From contig JAYWIR010000051.1 in the NCBI GenBank assembly GCA_036172245.1, forward strand, positions 186,001 to 250,000: a stretch of 64,000 bases of DNA, written 5' to 3'. Shown here in pieces: positions 62,562 to 64,000 of this stretch. The stretch is from Raillietiella orientalis. Taxonomy: Eukaryota. Position 1 is the stretch's first letter. Every line of letters begins with the position of its first letter. The position numbers and the translations under genes were made by a program. The notes beneath the pieces were generated by a model. The model saw only the letters and a program-made list of their open reading frames with translations, had not been told where the DNA came from and did not search any database.

Positions 62562-64000
62562 TCTGTTTCCTCCTCCCCTTCCCTTCTGCCATGAGCATCC
62601 CAGTCTGCCCCTTGACCTTCCAGAGAAAGCGCAAGGTCCGCGAAGGCGCTCTCGTCGGGGCGGGGTGGATGGGAGGCGTTGATTTCTGGAGAGCCCATCA
62701 TGACTCCAGGGACGGACGCCCTCTCAAGGGGGCGTCCTTGGAGACGCGTCGCCCTCGTAAGAACGCCTCGTCTCCGAAAGATCTCTCCCTTCCTTTCAGA
62801 GGTCCAAGGAGCCCCTGCGGAAATCACCCGCCCCATTTGCACTGCTGAGTCTTCGCCCCGGACCGCCGCGCGCCCGTCCCCCTCGGGTCGATCGGATGCC
62901 GTCCCCACAAGACGCGACGGAGGTCCGAGGAGATGAACGCCCGAGGCGGCACGCTCAGAGCGTCGAGGGCTCTCCTGAAAAGGCACCGGTAGAGCTGACG
63001 GCCTTCCAGCCCCTCGGGGCATTCGCGGGGAACACAGATCCGCCGCCGGGCGACCGAGGGGAGGTGGCGGAAGTTGAGCCGAGCCCTCAGGAGAGTCAAG
63101 ATCCTCTTCCCCCGGGCGGGGCGAGGAGGCGGAGCGCATATCCTCCCGAAGACCCTTACCTCGCCGAGTCTTTGCGGGCACGCTCAGGCGCTTGAAGGAC
63201 TCCCCTAGGGACGACGGTTTCCAGGTGCGATGGAACCGACGCTCACCTTCCGGGTCACCCTCGAGGCCGCGCCCTCTGGGAGAATAGGCATTGTCGCGAA
63301 AACCCTAGTCCTCTGGGACCTCCTCCGACCGCGGGAGCTTCCCCCCCCTCCTCTTCCGATCCTTTCCGGCTTCCGAAGGAGCTCGGGCGGCGGAGCGCCT
63401 CAACATCGCGAAAGCGCCGTCTGCGCCCCTGTGCTCCTGGACCCCTCCTCCTCCTCGCCATCCTCGCTGCCCAGGGCGCCGTGCGGCGCCGCCGGGGACG
63501 GGACGGACGGAGCTCCCGATGCCTGGAGCGAAGAGGAAGCGTGCCCGCAACGTCGGCGCTCACCTCCCTCGCACACGCGTGCGCTGGGGCTGCCCTCCTC
63601 GTGGGGCCGTCGTCACAGGGCGTCTCCCGCCTCTCCCGTCTCCCCGAGAGATAGGAGGGAGCCGCCGGGCCCGGGCAGGCGGCTCTGCAGCGGAGGACGC
63701 GCTGTCTCCCCGGAGACCAGATTCAACGAGCCGCCTTCGCAGGACGTCTCCCGGTGGAGCGCCGGTACGGGAGAAGAGCGGCGGCGGCGCCCCCCGCCAT
63801 CTGCGGCGCACATGGCGGGGAGCGCCGCCGCAGCATCCGGCCGGCCGCCTCCGCAAGCTGCGCTCGAGAGAGGGCGCGCCTCGACCTACTTCTGGGGCTG
63901 CGATCCGATCCCGGGGGAAAAACGAGGTCGCCTCCTGCGGGAACTGACCTCGTTGCTTTGTGGGCCGCCGTCGAGAGCGCGCGCGGGGGAAGGAAGGGGG

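Overview
Eukaryotic nuclear DNA, most likely from an arthropod (inferred from gene content and the inserted mitochondrial fragment), with short GT-AG introns and abrupt AT-rich/GC-rich compartments. Five spliced genes could be reconstructed by hand with consistent intron phases. They are mago nashi (-, 3 exons, 146 aa), a FucTA-type core alpha-1,3-fucosyltransferase (-, 2 exons, 505 aa), TM2D3/almondex (+, 3 exons, 241 aa), a 24-exon, about 2013-aa secreted repeat protein (+; EAR/EPTP-like ends around a long G-x-K-x-F...V-N-G-x-D-L repeat shaft, probably Closca/Polehole/Nasrat family), and a 10-exon mitochondrial-clan P450 (-, 520 aa) most like CYP314A1/shade but with Asn in place of the catalytic I-helix Thr. 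The first 18 kb also hold several decayed copies of an L1/Tx1-like LINE whose 3' ends share a covarying stem-loop. One copy is split by a 280-bp mitochondrial insertion (NUMT) carrying the 12S rRNA 3' end. Most long ORFs in the supplied track are artefacts of high GC. All family assignments are from recalled motifs; no database search was run.
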